A stretch of 64,000 nucleotides of DNA from Planctomycetota bacterium (GTDB taxonomy: Bacteria > Planctomycetota > UBA1135 > UBA2386): assembly GCA_947501605.1 (NCBI GenBank), contig CANMWZ010000002.1, forward strand, positions 32,001-96,000, given 5' to 3'. Position numbers and translations under genes: made by a program. This document shows, one piece after another, positions 54,669 through 64,000 of the stretch. Within the stretch, counting starts at the first letter, position 1. Every line of letters starts with the position of its first letter. Under the pieces are notes generated by a model. It did no database searches, was not told where the DNA came from, and saw only the letters and a program-made list of their open reading frames with translations.

Positions 54669-55238
54669 TCAGAACACGGTGACGCGATCGAGCGGCCAGA
54701 AACGAGCCCGCACCCGGCCACGCAGCAGCCCCTCTGGGACCAATCCGAACTCGCGCGAGTCACAGCTGATCGGCCGGTTGTCCCCGAGCACGAAGTAGCA
54801 GCCGTCCGGCACATCCACTTCGCGGGTCGTCTCCAGGTCTGCAATGCAGGTCCAGTCGTCCGGCGCCATCGCGCCGTTGACCCATAACTGGCCACTTCGT
54901 AGCGCCACGCGATCGCCCGGTAGGCCGACGACGCGCTTCACGAAGTCAATCGTCGGATTGCGCGGGTAGCGCAGCACGACGACGTCGCCGCGGTTCACCT
55001 CGCCAATGCTGCAAGTCACCCGGTCAACCACCAAGCGATCGCCGTCGTGCAGGGAAGGCTCCATCGAATGACCCTTCACCACCGAGATCTGCACCACAAA
55101 GAGATGGAACAACACCATCAGGCTGGCGCCGAACAGCAGGTCGAGCACGTAGCGATGGCGGAGCACCGCACCGAACACGCGGCCGCGGATCGCCGATGGC
55201 GCGACCGGTAGCAAAGGCAGGCTGACAACTGGTCCCAT
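54669..55238 (-). CDS. lepB: Signal peptidase I
   Basis: GHSMEPSL (Ser), FVKRVVGLPGD (Lys), LGDNR..S.DSR. Confidence 0.93.
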   Translation of the reverse strand: MGPVVSLPLLPVAPSAIRGRVFGAVLRHRYVLDLLFGASLMVLFHLFVVQISVVKGHSMEPSLHDGDRLVVDRVTCSIGEVNRGDVVVLRYPRNPTIDFVKRVVGLPGDRVALRSGQLWVNGAMAPDDWTCIADLETTREVDVPDGCYFVLGDNRPISCDSREFGLVPEGLLRGRVRARFWPLDRVTVF

Positions 55239-55246
55239 TGCCGGCC

Positions 55247-55274
55247 TTATCGACCCGTTCCTGCAACTGCTTTA
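55247..55274 (-). promoter_or_regulatory. Sigma-28 (FliA/SigD/WhiG)-type promoter candidate for lepB
   Basis: Minus strand TAAA-N16-GTCGATAA, ending 8 nt before the lepB ATG; consensus TAAA-N15/16-GCCGATAA. Confidence 0.55.
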
Positions 55275-55515
55275 CCGAGCAGCCGGCGGCAGAACGGCGC
55301 CGTCGCCGAGCCCACGGCAGGCGGATGGGGATCCTGGGAGAACGCGCGCAGATCGGAGCCGATCCCCCTCGCGCAGGCAGGACGCGTGTGCCAGCGGCCT
55401 GCTTGCCGTGGCCTCCAGGCTTCTGCGCACTCATCCCACCTACGAACCCGTCAAGCGGGGTGCGGCGCACTTCCGACCAAGGGATGGCAATACCGCGAGG
55501 CCCCCGACCGCGACC

Positions 55516-56397
55516 ATGACCATCGACGCGACCCGCAATCAGCACGAGCGCAGACGGCGCGAACTCTTGTCGAAGAGTGAGCACATTCCGCCGCTTCCAG
55601 AATCGGTCATCAGGCTCCTCGAGGTGCTGAACCAGACGGATACGGAACCGCAGCACCTCGAGCGGCACTTGCACAACGACCCCGTCTTGGTCGCTCGCAT
55701 GCTGGCGATGGTCAACTCGCCGTTCTTTGGCTTGAGCCGCACGTGCAGTTCGATCAAGGAAGCCATCATGGTTCTCGGCTTCCGCGGTCTGCGCAGCCTC
55801 CTCCTAGCGTCCAGCACCGCGAAGTTCCTGCAGAAGGAACTCGATTGGTACGGGCACGATCAGCGGGGACTGTGGGTCCATTCCGTCGCCGTCGCCGCTG
55901 GCGCCCGCGCGACTGCGATCGCCTGCAGACTGCCGCCAGACAAGTGCGAACTGCTCTTTGTCGGCGGTCTGCTGCACGACATCGGCAAGTTGCTCCTCGG
56001 CCCCTACATGACCGAGGCGGTGAAGTCCGCGAAGACCAAGCCCACGAACCCCAGCATGACGGAGGTGGAGCGGTCCATGCTGGGCCTCGACCACGGCGAA
56101 GCAGGTGCTCTGGTCGCCGCCAAGTGGAACCTGGGCACTGACATCCAGGACATCATCGAGATGCATCGCGATCGCACTGCGATCGGCGATCCACGCCTGT
56201 CCGCGATCATGCGCGTGGCCGACGCGGTTGCTTGCGAATGCGGCTTCGGCTACCTGCCGGGGCGCGCACCGATCGAACCAATTCACCCCGATGACCTTGG
56301 GATGCTCGGCCTCAGCGATGCGGCTTGGCACGCGCTGCGCATCGAAGTCGTGGCAGCCATGGACGCAGCACGTGCAGCCATGGCTCGCATGGGTTGA
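55516..56397 (+). CDS. HDOD domain protein
   Basis: IPPLPE, DPVLVARML..VNS.FFG, SIKEAI..LG, LWVHS, GLLHDIGK, GLDH...G.....W. Confidence 0.92.
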   Translation: MTIDATRNQHERRRRELLSKSEHIPPLPESVIRLLEVLNQTDTEPQHLERHLHNDPVLVARMLAMVNSPFFGLSRTCSSIKEAIMVLGFRGLRSLLLASSTAKFLQKELDWYGHDQRGLWVHSVAVAAGARATAIACRLPPDKCELLFVGGLLHDIGKLLLGPYMTEAVKSAKTKPTNPSMTEVERSMLGLDHGEAGALVAAKWNLGTDIQDIIEMHRDRTAIGDPRLSAIMRVADAVACECGFGYLPGRAPIEPIHPDDLGMLGLSDAAWHALRIEVVAAMDAARAAMARMG

Positions 56398-56438
56398 GCT
56401 GCTCCAGCGCCCGAGCCACGCAGCGCCGACGGCACCGG

Positions 56439-56822
56439 TCAGCGGAGAGTGGCCTGACTGAACATCCACAGCCCCGTCACGGTCGCGACCAGAGTCGCCG
56501 CGACGAACGCGAAGACCGCAACTCGATGGGCCCGGCGGGCACCGGGGCGCCGCCAGAGCCAGACGCCGGTGAGGATCACGGGGATCGCAAGCAAACCGCC
56601 GATCTTGGCGCACACTAGGTGGATGGACCGGATCGGCTCCGGAAACTCGTAGAGTCGCGCCAGCTGTTCGGTCAGCAGAATCGCGATCGCGAGGCTGACC
56701 ATTGCGGCGGGTCCAGCGACCAAGTGGGCGCGACGATGACGACGCAGCCCCGACACCAGTGCCAGCAGCAACAGCGCGACCGTCGCCACAAGGGCGACCC
56801 AGAACCATAGATCCGGGCCCAT
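56439..56822 (-). CDS. Small 4-TM membrane protein with His residues (DUF420-like)
   Basis: Four hydrophobic helices with RRAH, IH and RRAHR. Confidence 0.7.
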   Translation of the reverse strand: MGPDLWFWVALVATVALLLLALVSGLRRHRRAHLVAGPAAMVSLAIAILLTEQLARLYEFPEPIRSIHLVCAKIGGLLAIPVILTGVWLWRRPGARRAHRVAVFAFVAATLVATVTGLWMFSQATLR

Positions 56823-56964
56823 GAAGTGGCGCGGACTCTCGCACACGGCTCGGCGGATCGCAACGGTGAGTTGATCGGCGGCCAGCCCATACTCGCGTCG
56901 CCACCTTGTTGGCGCCCCGCACTGCGCGCTTGGCGCCGCCGCGCTCGAGTCCTAGCCTCAGACC

Positions 56965-57462
56965 ATGGTTCTCGAACTTCGCGCGCAACCGGATGGCCGT
57001 GGCCTCAAGGTTGGCATCGCCGTGGCCCGTTTCAATGAAGTCGTCACCGGTCGCTTGTTGCAGGGTGCGCTAGCGGCATGTCGCGCCTGCGGCGTCGCCG
57101 ACACCGACATCACCGTGGTCCATGTGCCTGGTGCGTTCGAACTGCCGCAAGCAAGTGCTTGGCTCGCGACCAAGGGGCGCTGCGATGCGGTCGCGGCCCT
57201 CGGCGCCGTGATCCGCGGTGAGACCAGTCACTACGACTACGTCTGCAGCGCAGCCACCGACGGTTGCTTACGGGTGAACCTCGACACCAACGTGCCGATC
57301 GCATTCGGCGTACTGACGTGCGAAGACCTCGCGCAGGCGATGGCCCGCGCCGGTGGCGATGCCGGTAACAAGGGCAACGACGCCGTGCTTGCGGCCTTGG
57401 AGATGGCGCAGTTGTCGCGCGCGCTGGAGGTCGCGATGAGGAAACCACAGCCCCCCCGTTGA
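56965..57462 (+). CDS. ribH: 6,7-dimethyl-8-ribityllumazine synthase
   Basis: ARFN, VPGAFELP, GAVIRGETSHYDYV, FGVLT, NKG. Confidence 0.97.
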   Translation: MVLELRAQPDGRGLKVGIAVARFNEVVTGRLLQGALAACRACGVADTDITVVHVPGAFELPQASAWLATKGRCDAVAALGAVIRGETSHYDYVCSAATDGCLRVNLDTNVPIAFGVLTCEDLAQAMARAGGDAGNKGNDAVLAALEMAQLSRALEVAMRKPQPPR

Positions 57463-57517
57463 GCCCCAGCACTTCCTCGCTACTCTCTGTGTCGCGCCTT
57501 CGCGCTCGTTCCTTGCC

Positions 57518-57997
57518 ATGACCCAGCCTGTTCGCCGACGCACCAAAGCCCGCGAAGTCGCACTCCAACTGCTCTTCCAGTTCGACCTCCGAGGACCGAA
57601 CTACGAACAGGACCTCGGTCAGGATCTCGCTGCCATGTGCAACGAAGCCAGCGAGGGCGATGAGGAGGTCCGCACCTTCGCGCTGCGACTCGTCGAGGGC
57701 ACGCTGAAGCTGCGCAACGAGATCGACGACCGGCTCAAGTCCGTCACCCGCAACTGGGACCTGAAGCGGATGGCATGTGTGGACCGAAACATCCTTCGCA
57801 TGACGGTCTTCGAATTGGCCCACTGCCGAGACGTACCGCCCAAAGTCGCGATCAACGAGGCAATCGAGCTGGGCAAGAAGTACTCGACCGCGAACTCGGG
57901 CGGCTTCGTGAACGGCATCCTCGACCGCGTTCGCCTGGACCTGGAGAAGGAGCGCGGCGCGTCCGGTCAGGACGCGGCCACCGCGCCCGAGAGCTGA
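57518..57997 (+). CDS. nusB: Transcription antitermination factor NusB
   Basis: RRRTKAREVALQLLFQ, DRNILR, VAINEAIELGKKYS, FVNGILD. Confidence 0.97.
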   Translation: MTQPVRRRTKAREVALQLLFQFDLRGPNYEQDLGQDLAAMCNEASEGDEEVRTFALRLVEGTLKLRNEIDDRLKSVTRNWDLKRMACVDRNILRMTVFELAHCRDVPPKVAINEAIELGKKYSTANSGGFVNGILDRVRLDLEKERGASGQDAATAPES

Positions 57998-58008
57998 GGG
58001 ACGAGCGG

Positions 58009-58935
58009 ATGGTGTTCGGCAAACTGCTAAGCGCACTCAAGAAGACGCGCGAAGTCCTCGCCGCCGGCCTGTCGCGGCTGTTCTCGCTCGGCCGCAAACT
58101 CGACGAGGACTTCCTCGACGAACTCGAGCAGGTTCTCTACCAAGCGGATCTCGGCAACGTCGGCTCGCAGATCGTCGAGGAGCTCAAAGTCGCCTACAAG
58201 AAGCGCGAGATCACCGACGTCGACAAGGTCCCAGCCTATCTGCGCGCACGACTGTGTGCTCTGCTGCAAGGCAGCGCCGAGGCCCTGGCAAAGGCCCCCA
58301 CGAAACCGACGATCGTGCTCGTTGTCGGCGTGAACGGGGCGGGCAAGACGACGTCAATCGCCAAGCTTGCCCGCCATCTCGCGACCCAGGGCCACTCGGT
58401 GATGCTCGGCGCCGGCGACACGTTCCGAGCTGCCGCCGTGGAGCAGCTCGCGTTGTGGGCAGAGCGCTTACGGATCCCGATCATCAAGCAACACACAGGT
58501 GCGGATCCGGCCGCGGTCGCGTTCGATGCCGTCACGGCAGCGGTCGCGCGTGGGATCGACTACCTGATCCTCGACACGGCGGGACGGCTGCACACGCAGA
58601 AGAACCTGATGACCGAGCTCGAAAAAGTCGTACGCGTGGTCAAGAAGGTCGTGCCCTCGGCACCGCATGAGACCTTGCTCGTGCTCGACGCGACGACTGG
58701 CCAAAACGCGATCCGACAGGCCAGCGAGTTCGCAAAGTCAGCGCCGGTCAGCGGCCTCATCCTGGCCAAGATGGACGGCACGGCGAAGGGCGGAGCCATC
58801 TTTGGCATCCGCTCCGTCTTGCCGGTCCCCGTCAAGTTTCTCGGCGTCGGTGAAGGACTGGACGATCTCGAGCCGTTCGCCGTCGAAGCGTTCGTGGACG
58901 CGATCCTGCAGTTCGACGCCAACAAGCGCGCATGA
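58009..58935 (+). CDS. ftsY: SRP receptor FtsY (NG domain only)
   Basis: GVNGAGKTT, DTFRAAA, DTAGR, DATTGQN, KMDGTAKGG. Confidence 0.97.
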   Translation: MVFGKLLSALKKTREVLAAGLSRLFSLGRKLDEDFLDELEQVLYQADLGNVGSQIVEELKVAYKKREITDVDKVPAYLRARLCALLQGSAEALAKAPTKPTIVLVVGVNGAGKTTSIAKLARHLATQGHSVMLGAGDTFRAAAVEQLALWAERLRIPIIKQHTGADPAAVAFDAVTAAVARGIDYLILDTAGRLHTQKNLMTELEKVVRVVKKVVPSAPHETLLVLDATTGQNAIRQASEFAKSAPVSGLILAKMDGTAKGGAIFGIRSVLPVPVKFLGVGEGLDDLEPFAVEAFVDAILQFDANKRA

Positions 58936-61001
58936 GCGCATCGCCACGAATGGCCAGGACCTTCGTGCCGGTGTCGCTGATGCTGCTTGCGACCCTGTGC
59001 CTCCACCCCGCGTGGCTCGACGCCGAGCTGGCGCGGCGGGCGCTGGCAATGAGCACTCTCGGCGTGCTCTTGTTGCTGCAGCCTCGGGCGTTCGCTGCTC
59101 GGCCCAATGGAGACCGCGCCCTGGTCGCCTTGATCGGCTGGCTCGCATGCTCAGCGATTTGGCACCACGACCGCGCCAACTCGGCCGAAGCGGTTCTGAG
59201 GATCGGGTGGTGGACGACACTGCTGCTCACCGCAAGGCTCGGCGCGGCATCGAACCGCGACACAATTGCGCGAACGACAGCGGTCCTGCTCGTGTTGGCC
59301 GCCGGTCTTGGAATGTTCCAGAGCCTCGGCGTCACCGACTGGCTCGGCACCCAAATGGAGCCGGTCAGCGTCTTCGGCAACCGCAACACCGCCGCCGAGT
59401 TCACCGCCGTCGCCACCGCAGTGCTCGCCGCCCGCTTCCACTCGATGCCGCGGCTGGCATCGTTCGCACTGCTGCTCGGCTCATGCTATGCCATCGCCAA
59501 CGGTTCGCGCTCGGGCCTCGTCGGCCTCCCGCTCGGTGTCGTGATCGCGGCCGCGGCCGCCAGCTTGCCACTGGGACGAAGGCTGCTGCCATGCGTGCCC
59601 ACCGCCTTGGGACTCTTGTTGGGCGTCGGCTGTTCGTTAGCAGCAGCCGGATCCGCGACCAGCGGAACCGGCCCAGATAGCCTCAACCTACCTGGGCACG
59701 CAACGCGTACGGCCACCCTCGAAGTGCGCCTGCAGATTGCGCTCGCAGGTCTGCGGATGGTCGCCGATGCGCCGATCCTCGGGCACGGCCCCGGCCAGTT
59801 TGCCGTCGAGTACCCCCGCTACCGCTCGCAACGGGAAATCGAACTGTCCTCGCTATCGCGCACGGAGATGCGGCGAGTCGGCACCGCCCACGATGATTGG
59901 TTGGAGACCGCGATCGAGGCCGGCGTCCCCGCGCTGGTGCTGCTCGTGTTGTTCGTAGTCGCGCGCGGTCGTGGGCGAACGGACCGGAGCGGGCTGGCGC
60001 CGCTTGCCGTGCTACTTGCGCTGATGATCATCCGCGCCCCACTGGGCAACGCCCCGGCCGCGCTGCTCGCGCTGCTCGCCAGCAGCCCGATCCTCGGCGA
60101 GGTGGAGCTTCGCCCCCTACGTGCATGGTGGCTGCGCGTCGTCGGCATCGCCCTGCTCTGCCTCGGCGCGGCCGGCGTTGCGAGTGCGGGCGCCCTTGCT
60201 CGCTACGTCGCGAGTCGCGCTGACCAACCACTTGGTGATACGGCTCCGTTGCGCGATGCGGTAGCCATCGCGCCCTGGGACCCGGTCGCGTGGCAGTTGT
60301 TGGCGCAAGAGCTGCAGGCCCGCGCGACCGACCTTACAGGTGCACAGCAGGCACTCGCCGCAGCGGACCGAGCTGCCACGCTGCGGCCGTTCGAACCCTC
60401 CTACCTGCTGCTGCGAGCCGATCTGCTGCGAATGTGCGGCCAGCTCGACGAGAGCAAACGTCAGCTCGCGGAAATCACCAAACTCGACCCCTCGGAGCCG
60501 CAAGTTCAGGTGCAACTCGCCGGCGTGTACTTCACCGATGGCGATGTCGATGGCGCGGTCATCGCCTTGTGCACGGATCCTCCGGCCGTGCTTCGAAAGC
60601 AGCTGGCACTACGGCTCGAGGAGTTCGCCGACCTTTGCGCAGCCAGGAACTCGGTCGACGACATGAAGCGATTTCAGGCTGAGGCAGCGTTCGTACGCAC
60701 GCTGGACGCCTTGGCCACAACCGGCACACGTGCCAATGCGATTGCGAAGGAGCACTTTGACACCATGCGAGGGTCGTTCGCAGTGGCTGGGCTTCGCGAC
60801 CGTGATGTGCGCGAGCTGCTGTTGCTCGCAGTCCTGAGCTACCGGGTAGGCGATGCCACGTCAGCCACGGCGGCCGGGCAACTGGCACAGAAAAAGGCGC
60901 TGCCCCTCCCGGCGTGGCAATGGTCCCTGTTGCGCGACGTCGCGGCGCCACTGCGAGCGCTGCCGGCGTGGCTACCGCTGCTGCCTCGCACCGGGACGTA
61001 G
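58932..61001 (+). CDS. O-antigen ligase/Wzy_C-like membrane protein with TPR-like C-terminus
   Basis: FGNRN, GSRSG, R...PILGHGPGQF, AHDDWLE; helical repeats with P/DP turns. Confidence 0.8.
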   Translation: MSASPRMARTFVPVSLMLLATLCLHPAWLDAELARRALAMSTLGVLLLLQPRAFAARPNGDRALVALIGWLACSAIWHHDRANSAEAVLRIGWWTTLLLTARLGAASNRDTIARTTAVLLVLAAGLGMFQSLGVTDWLGTQMEPVSVFGNRNTAAEFTAVATAVLAARFHSMPRLASFALLLGSCYAIANGSRSGLVGLPLGVVIAAAAASLPLGRRLLPCVPTALGLLLGVGCSLAAAGSATSGTGPDSLNLPGHATRTATLEVRLQIALAGLRMVADAPILGHGPGQFAVEYPRYRSQREIELSSLSRTEMRRVGTAHDDWLETAIEAGVPALVLLVLFVVARGRGRTDRSGLAPLAVLLALMIIRAPLGNAPAALLALLASSPILGEVELRPLRAWWLRVVGIALLCLGAAGVASAGALARYVASRADQPLGDTAPLRDAVAIAPWDPVAWQLLAQELQARATDLTGAQQALAAADRAATLRPFEPSYLLLRADLLRMCGQLDESKRQLAEITKLDPSEPQVQVQLAGVYFTDGDVDGAVIALCTDPPAVLRKQLALRLEEFADLCAARNSVDDMKRFQAEAAFVRTLDALATTGTRANAIAKEHFDTMRGSFAVAGLRDRDVRELLLLAVLSYRVGDATSATAAGQLAQKKALPLPAWQWSLLRDVAAPLRALPAWLPLLPRTGT

Positions 61002-61020
61002 ACCGCGGCCAGGGCCCGCG

Positions 61021-61980
61021 CTAGTCGCCGCCACCTGGAGGCGGCGCGTCCTTCGCCGCCGGCCCAGACTTGGACTTCTCCTCCGGCTCGATCCTCTCTT
61101 GCAGGCGCCGCTCCATGTCCTTCAGGTCGACCTCAGCAGCGGCGAACGCGCAGAACTCGACAAACGTTCGTTCGGGGAGGCGCTCACGCACCGCTTCCGG
61201 AAGAAGCTCGCGTACGAACGGCTGCAGCGAGCAGGCGAGGAAGGCCATGCCAAGTCGCGTAGCGTGTAGCCGGTCTTGCTGTAGGAGGCCCATGGGTTCG
61301 GTCTTCAGGATGTGGTCGCCGGATGGCAGGTCGACGCCCCTCTCCTTCATCTGGGCGACCGTCGAAGCCAGTGGGAACACTCGCACCCGCGGCCGCACCT
61401 TCGCCCATGCCGCGATTGCCTCGTTGAGCTTCGCCAGCGAAGTTGACTCCGGGATCTGCGCCGGGCGCAGCATGCGCCGATCAGCTCCCCCCATATCCGG
61501 GAGGTCCGAAATCAGGATGGAACCTGGGATGCGATCGAGCAGGTCGAGACCAACCTGAAGGCGCTGAAGCCGCGCCTCGGCGTCCTTCAGGTCCCTGACT
61601 TTCAGATCGCCATAGGCGAACCAAAACAAGAAGTCGACGGCCACGACCAGATGCGGATCCTGCCGCAAGGCGCGATCGATCTGCAGGCCACCGATCTTCT
61701 CCGCGTCGACGAACATGAAGGCATCGGCGCGACTGTGGATCTTGGCATCGATTTCTTCGAACCAGCCGCGCAAGACCGGCAGCAGCGGAACCGAGGAGTT
61801 CTCTGCGGCCCCTCCGGTCAGCGGGCCGTCGATGAAACCCGCGCTGACGCTGGCGCCGGCGATCTCGATCCGCAGCGTCTCCGGTTGAGCCTGGGCCCCC
61901 AACGGTCCAAAGGCTGGTGCCAGCGAAAAGACGACGACCTTCAGCAACAGGAACAGCAACGCGGGAATGCCTCTGCGCAT
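61021..61980 (-). CDS. Secreted SGNH/GDSL-like hydrolase
   Basis: Signal peptide ...GPLGA-Q; block I IAGASVSAG; DRLH (DxxH). Confidence 0.65.
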   Translation of the reverse strand: MRRGIPALLFLLLKVVVFSLAPAFGPLGAQAQPETLRIEIAGASVSAGFIDGPLTGGAAENSSVPLLPVLRGWFEEIDAKIHSRADAFMFVDAEKIGGLQIDRALRQDPHLVVAVDFLFWFAYGDLKVRDLKDAEARLQRLQVGLDLLDRIPGSILISDLPDMGGADRRMLRPAQIPESTSLAKLNEAIAAWAKVRPRVRVFPLASTVAQMKERGVDLPSGDHILKTEPMGLLQQDRLHATRLGMAFLACSLQPFVRELLPEAVRERLPERTFVEFCAFAAAEVDLKDMERRLQERIEPEEKSKSGPAAKDAPPPGGGD

Positions 61981-62006
61981 GACCGCAATGTATCTTCCAC
62001 CGACGC

Positions 62007-62774
62007 ATGTTCCGCAACCGGACCGTTTCCTTGGTGGTGCCTGCCTACAACGAAGAGGCCACCATCGGCCAAGTCGTCGACGAATTCCTTGGCGAGCCAC
62101 ACATCGACGAGATCGTTGTCGTGGACAATAACTGCAAGGATGCCACGGCGGCGATCGCCGCCGCTCGCGGCGCCCGCGTCGTGGCGGAGACCAAGAAGGG
62201 CTACGGCGCCGCGCTCATGGGCGGGATGGCTGCAGCCAAAGGCGACATCCTTGTGCTCACCGAGGCCGACGGCAGCTTCCGCGCGCGCGATGTCGAGAAG
62301 CTCTTGGTCTACCTCGACGATGCCGGCATGGTCATGGGCACCCGCACGACCCGCCAGATGGTGCAGCAAGGCGCCAACATGCGGTCGTTTCTCCGCTGGG
62401 GCAACGTCGCCATGGCCAAGTTCCTGCAGCTCTGTTGGCTGCGGCCCTCCGAACCGCGGTTCACCGATGTCGGCTGCACGTTCCGGGCACTGTCACGAGA
62501 AACCTTCCAGAAGATTCGGCATCGGCTCCGGGAGCCTGGGCCCGCCTTCAGCCCAGAGATGATGTGCGCGGCCCTACAGGAACGCTGCCGTGTCATCGAG
62601 GTCCCAGTCACGTATGCCCCCCGCATGGGCGGTGAATCCAAGCACTCGGACACGTTCTCGCGCCAGGCTCGGACGGCCATGAAGATGTTCCGCACGATCT
62701 GTCGAAAACGTTTCTTGGAAGCCAGCACGCCAATCTCGAAGGCAGCATCGACCGGGCCATCCACATCGATCTAG
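62007..62774 (+). CDS. Family 2 glycosyltransferase (DPM-synthase-like)
   Basis: VVPAYNEE, VVDNNCKD, GYG, EAD, TDVGCTFR, EVPV.Y..R.G.SK. Confidence 0.92.
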   Translation: MFRNRTVSLVVPAYNEEATIGQVVDEFLGEPHIDEIVVVDNNCKDATAAIAAARGARVVAETKKGYGAALMGGMAAAKGDILVLTEADGSFRARDVEKLLVYLDDAGMVMGTRTTRQMVQQGANMRSFLRWGNVAMAKFLQLCWLRPSEPRFTDVGCTFRALSRETFQKIRHRLREPGPAFSPEMMCAALQERCRVIEVPVTYAPRMGGESKHSDTFSRQARTAMKMFRTICRKRFLEASTPISKAASTGPSTSI

Positions 62775-62828
62775 ACTCTGGGCCCTCGCCACTTGACCAC
62801 GCAGCAAGACCCTTCGACTCCACGCGCC

Positions 62829-64000
62829 ATGCAGAAGCACGTCGTCATTCTCGGTGGAGGCCTCGCCGGCCTATCCTGCGGCTATGAGCTGCAGAAGGCG
62901 GGACACCGCGTCACGGTGCTCGAGCGCGAGCCCTTCGTCGGCGGCATGGCCTCTTCGTTCGTCGAAGACGGCGATGAGTACTGGACCTACGACTTCGGTC
63001 CGCACCGCTTTCACAGCAAGGACGAGAATCTCATCGACCACGTGAACGAGATCCTCGGCGACAACGTGGTCACCGCGATCCGCCGGTCGCGCATCTTCCT
63101 GTTCGGCCAATTGATCGAGTACCCGCTGGTCGCCGGCGACGTCCTCATGAAGATGCCGAAGTGGATGATGATCAAGGCGATGCTGGACTACATCTGGGTC
63201 CGCATCCAAGACCGCGTCTTCCGCCGAAAATTCAACGACGACCGCGACTTCGAGAGCTGGGTGACACGCCGCTACGGGCGCACGCTGTACCGCGTTTTCT
63301 TCGGGGAGTACACCGAGAAGACCTGGGGCATCCCGCCGCGCACCATCTCCTCGACGTGGGCGAGTCAGCGCATCACCCTGCTGAACCTCTGGGACACCAT
63401 CAAGAAGACGCTGCGGCCACCGACGACCAAAGAAGGGCCGCGAACACTCGTGAAGGAGTTCATCTATCCGAAGTTCGGCGGCATCGGCGAACTTGCACGC
63501 GGCTACGCGAGGCGTATCGAGGAGATGGGAGGCACCGTGCTGACCAATGCGCCCGCCGTGCGCGTATTCCGCGAGGGCCTCAAGGTCACCGGTGTGGAGT
63601 ACGGCAAGCACCAACGCGAACTCATCCAGGGTGACATCTACGTCAATACGATCCCGGTGAACTCGCTGGTGAAGGCGCTATCGCCGGTGTCGCCGCCTGA
63701 GGCGATCCACGGCGCCACGGTGCTGAAGCACGTATCGATCGTGTTCGTGTATCTCAAGCTGAACCGGCCCACCGTCACGAATGACAGCTGGGTCTACCTT
63801 CCTGAGAAAAAACTGAAGGTGCATCGCATCTCGGAGTTCCGCAACTTCAGTCCTCACTGCGCGCCGAAGGGCAAGACGCTCGTGTGCTGCGAGATCACCT
63901 GCAAGCGTGGGGATGAAATCTGGCGGGCGTCGGTCGAAGAGCTGACGCGCATCGCTGAGGAAGACCTCGTCAAGGTCGGACTCATCGGCAAGGGCGAAGT
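62829..64000 (+). CDS. FAD-dependent oxidoreductase (amine oxidase / UDP-galactopyranose-mutase-like), runs off the window
   Basis: Manual translation MQKHVVILGGGLAGLSCGYELQKAGHRVTVLEREPFVGGMA...YDFGPHRF...YTEKTWG...FIYPKFGG. Confidence 0.88.
   Translation, partial: MQKHVVILGGGLAGLSCGYELQKAGHRVTVLEREPFVGGMASSFVEDGDEYWTYDFGPHRFHSKDENLIDHVNEILGDNVVTAIRRSRIFLFGQLIEYPLVAGDVLMKMPKWMMIKAMLDYIWVRIQDRVFRRKFNDDRDFESWVTRRYGRTLYRVFFGEYTEKTWGIPPRTISSTWASQRITLLNLWDTIKKTLRPPTTKEGPRTLVKEFIYPKFGGIGELARGYARRIEEMGGTVLTNAPAVRVFREGLKVTGVEYGKHQRELIQGDIYVNTIPVNSLVKALSPVSPPEAIHGATVLKHVSIVFVYLKLNRPTVTNDSWVYLPEKKLKVHRISEFRNFSPHCAPKGKTLVCCEITCKRGDEIWRASVEELTRIAEEDLVKVGLIGKGE

Noticed and set aside
55451..55480. Second sigma-28 promoter (TCAAG...TCCGACCA) for the HDOD gene
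   Set aside because: Several mismatches and spacing 1-2 nt too long; too weak to call.
56823..56964. FMN riboswitch upstream of ribH
   Set aside because: RFN conserved blocks are absent and ribH looks leaderless.

Overview
High-GC (roughly two-thirds G+C by eye), gene-dense bacterial chromosome segment with about 55 CDS. No rRNA, tRNA, CRISPR array or mobile element was seen. Gene content suggests a Planctomycetota/PVC genome (inference): PrkA, ECF sigma with a large anti-sigma, FHA-Ser/Thr kinase, prenyltransferase-repeat protein, Chlamydia/spirochaete-type V-ATPase E-C-A-B-D-I-K, ribH-nusB-ftsY and lpxB. Most of the window is housekeeping (gatCAB, guaBA, pgi, gap-pgk, tilS, trkA, trpG/pabA, lepB). 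The notable signals are: (1) four intact ORFs of well-known enzyme folds (GmhB-like HAD, threonine-dehydratase-like, PNP-like, class I/II aminotransferase-like) that have each lost several catalytic or cofactor residues, i.e. candidate pseudoenzymes; (2) a tandem pair of exported glutaminyl-cyclase-like M28 proteins alongside secreted proteins with Gln at +1, a possible Bacteroidetes-like Q-rule pyroglutamylation system; (3) recurrent leaderless promoters TANNNT-N6-start and overlapping divergent -10 boxes; (4) an 11-bp-phased DnaA-box-like trio upstream of gatC; (5) a sigma-28-type promoter in front of lepB; (6) a 24-bp palindromic tandem repeat inside a lipoprotein signal peptide; (7) a Na+-type V-ATPase K subunit. 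Start codons were chosen by eye, and family calls come from motif recognition, not database searches.
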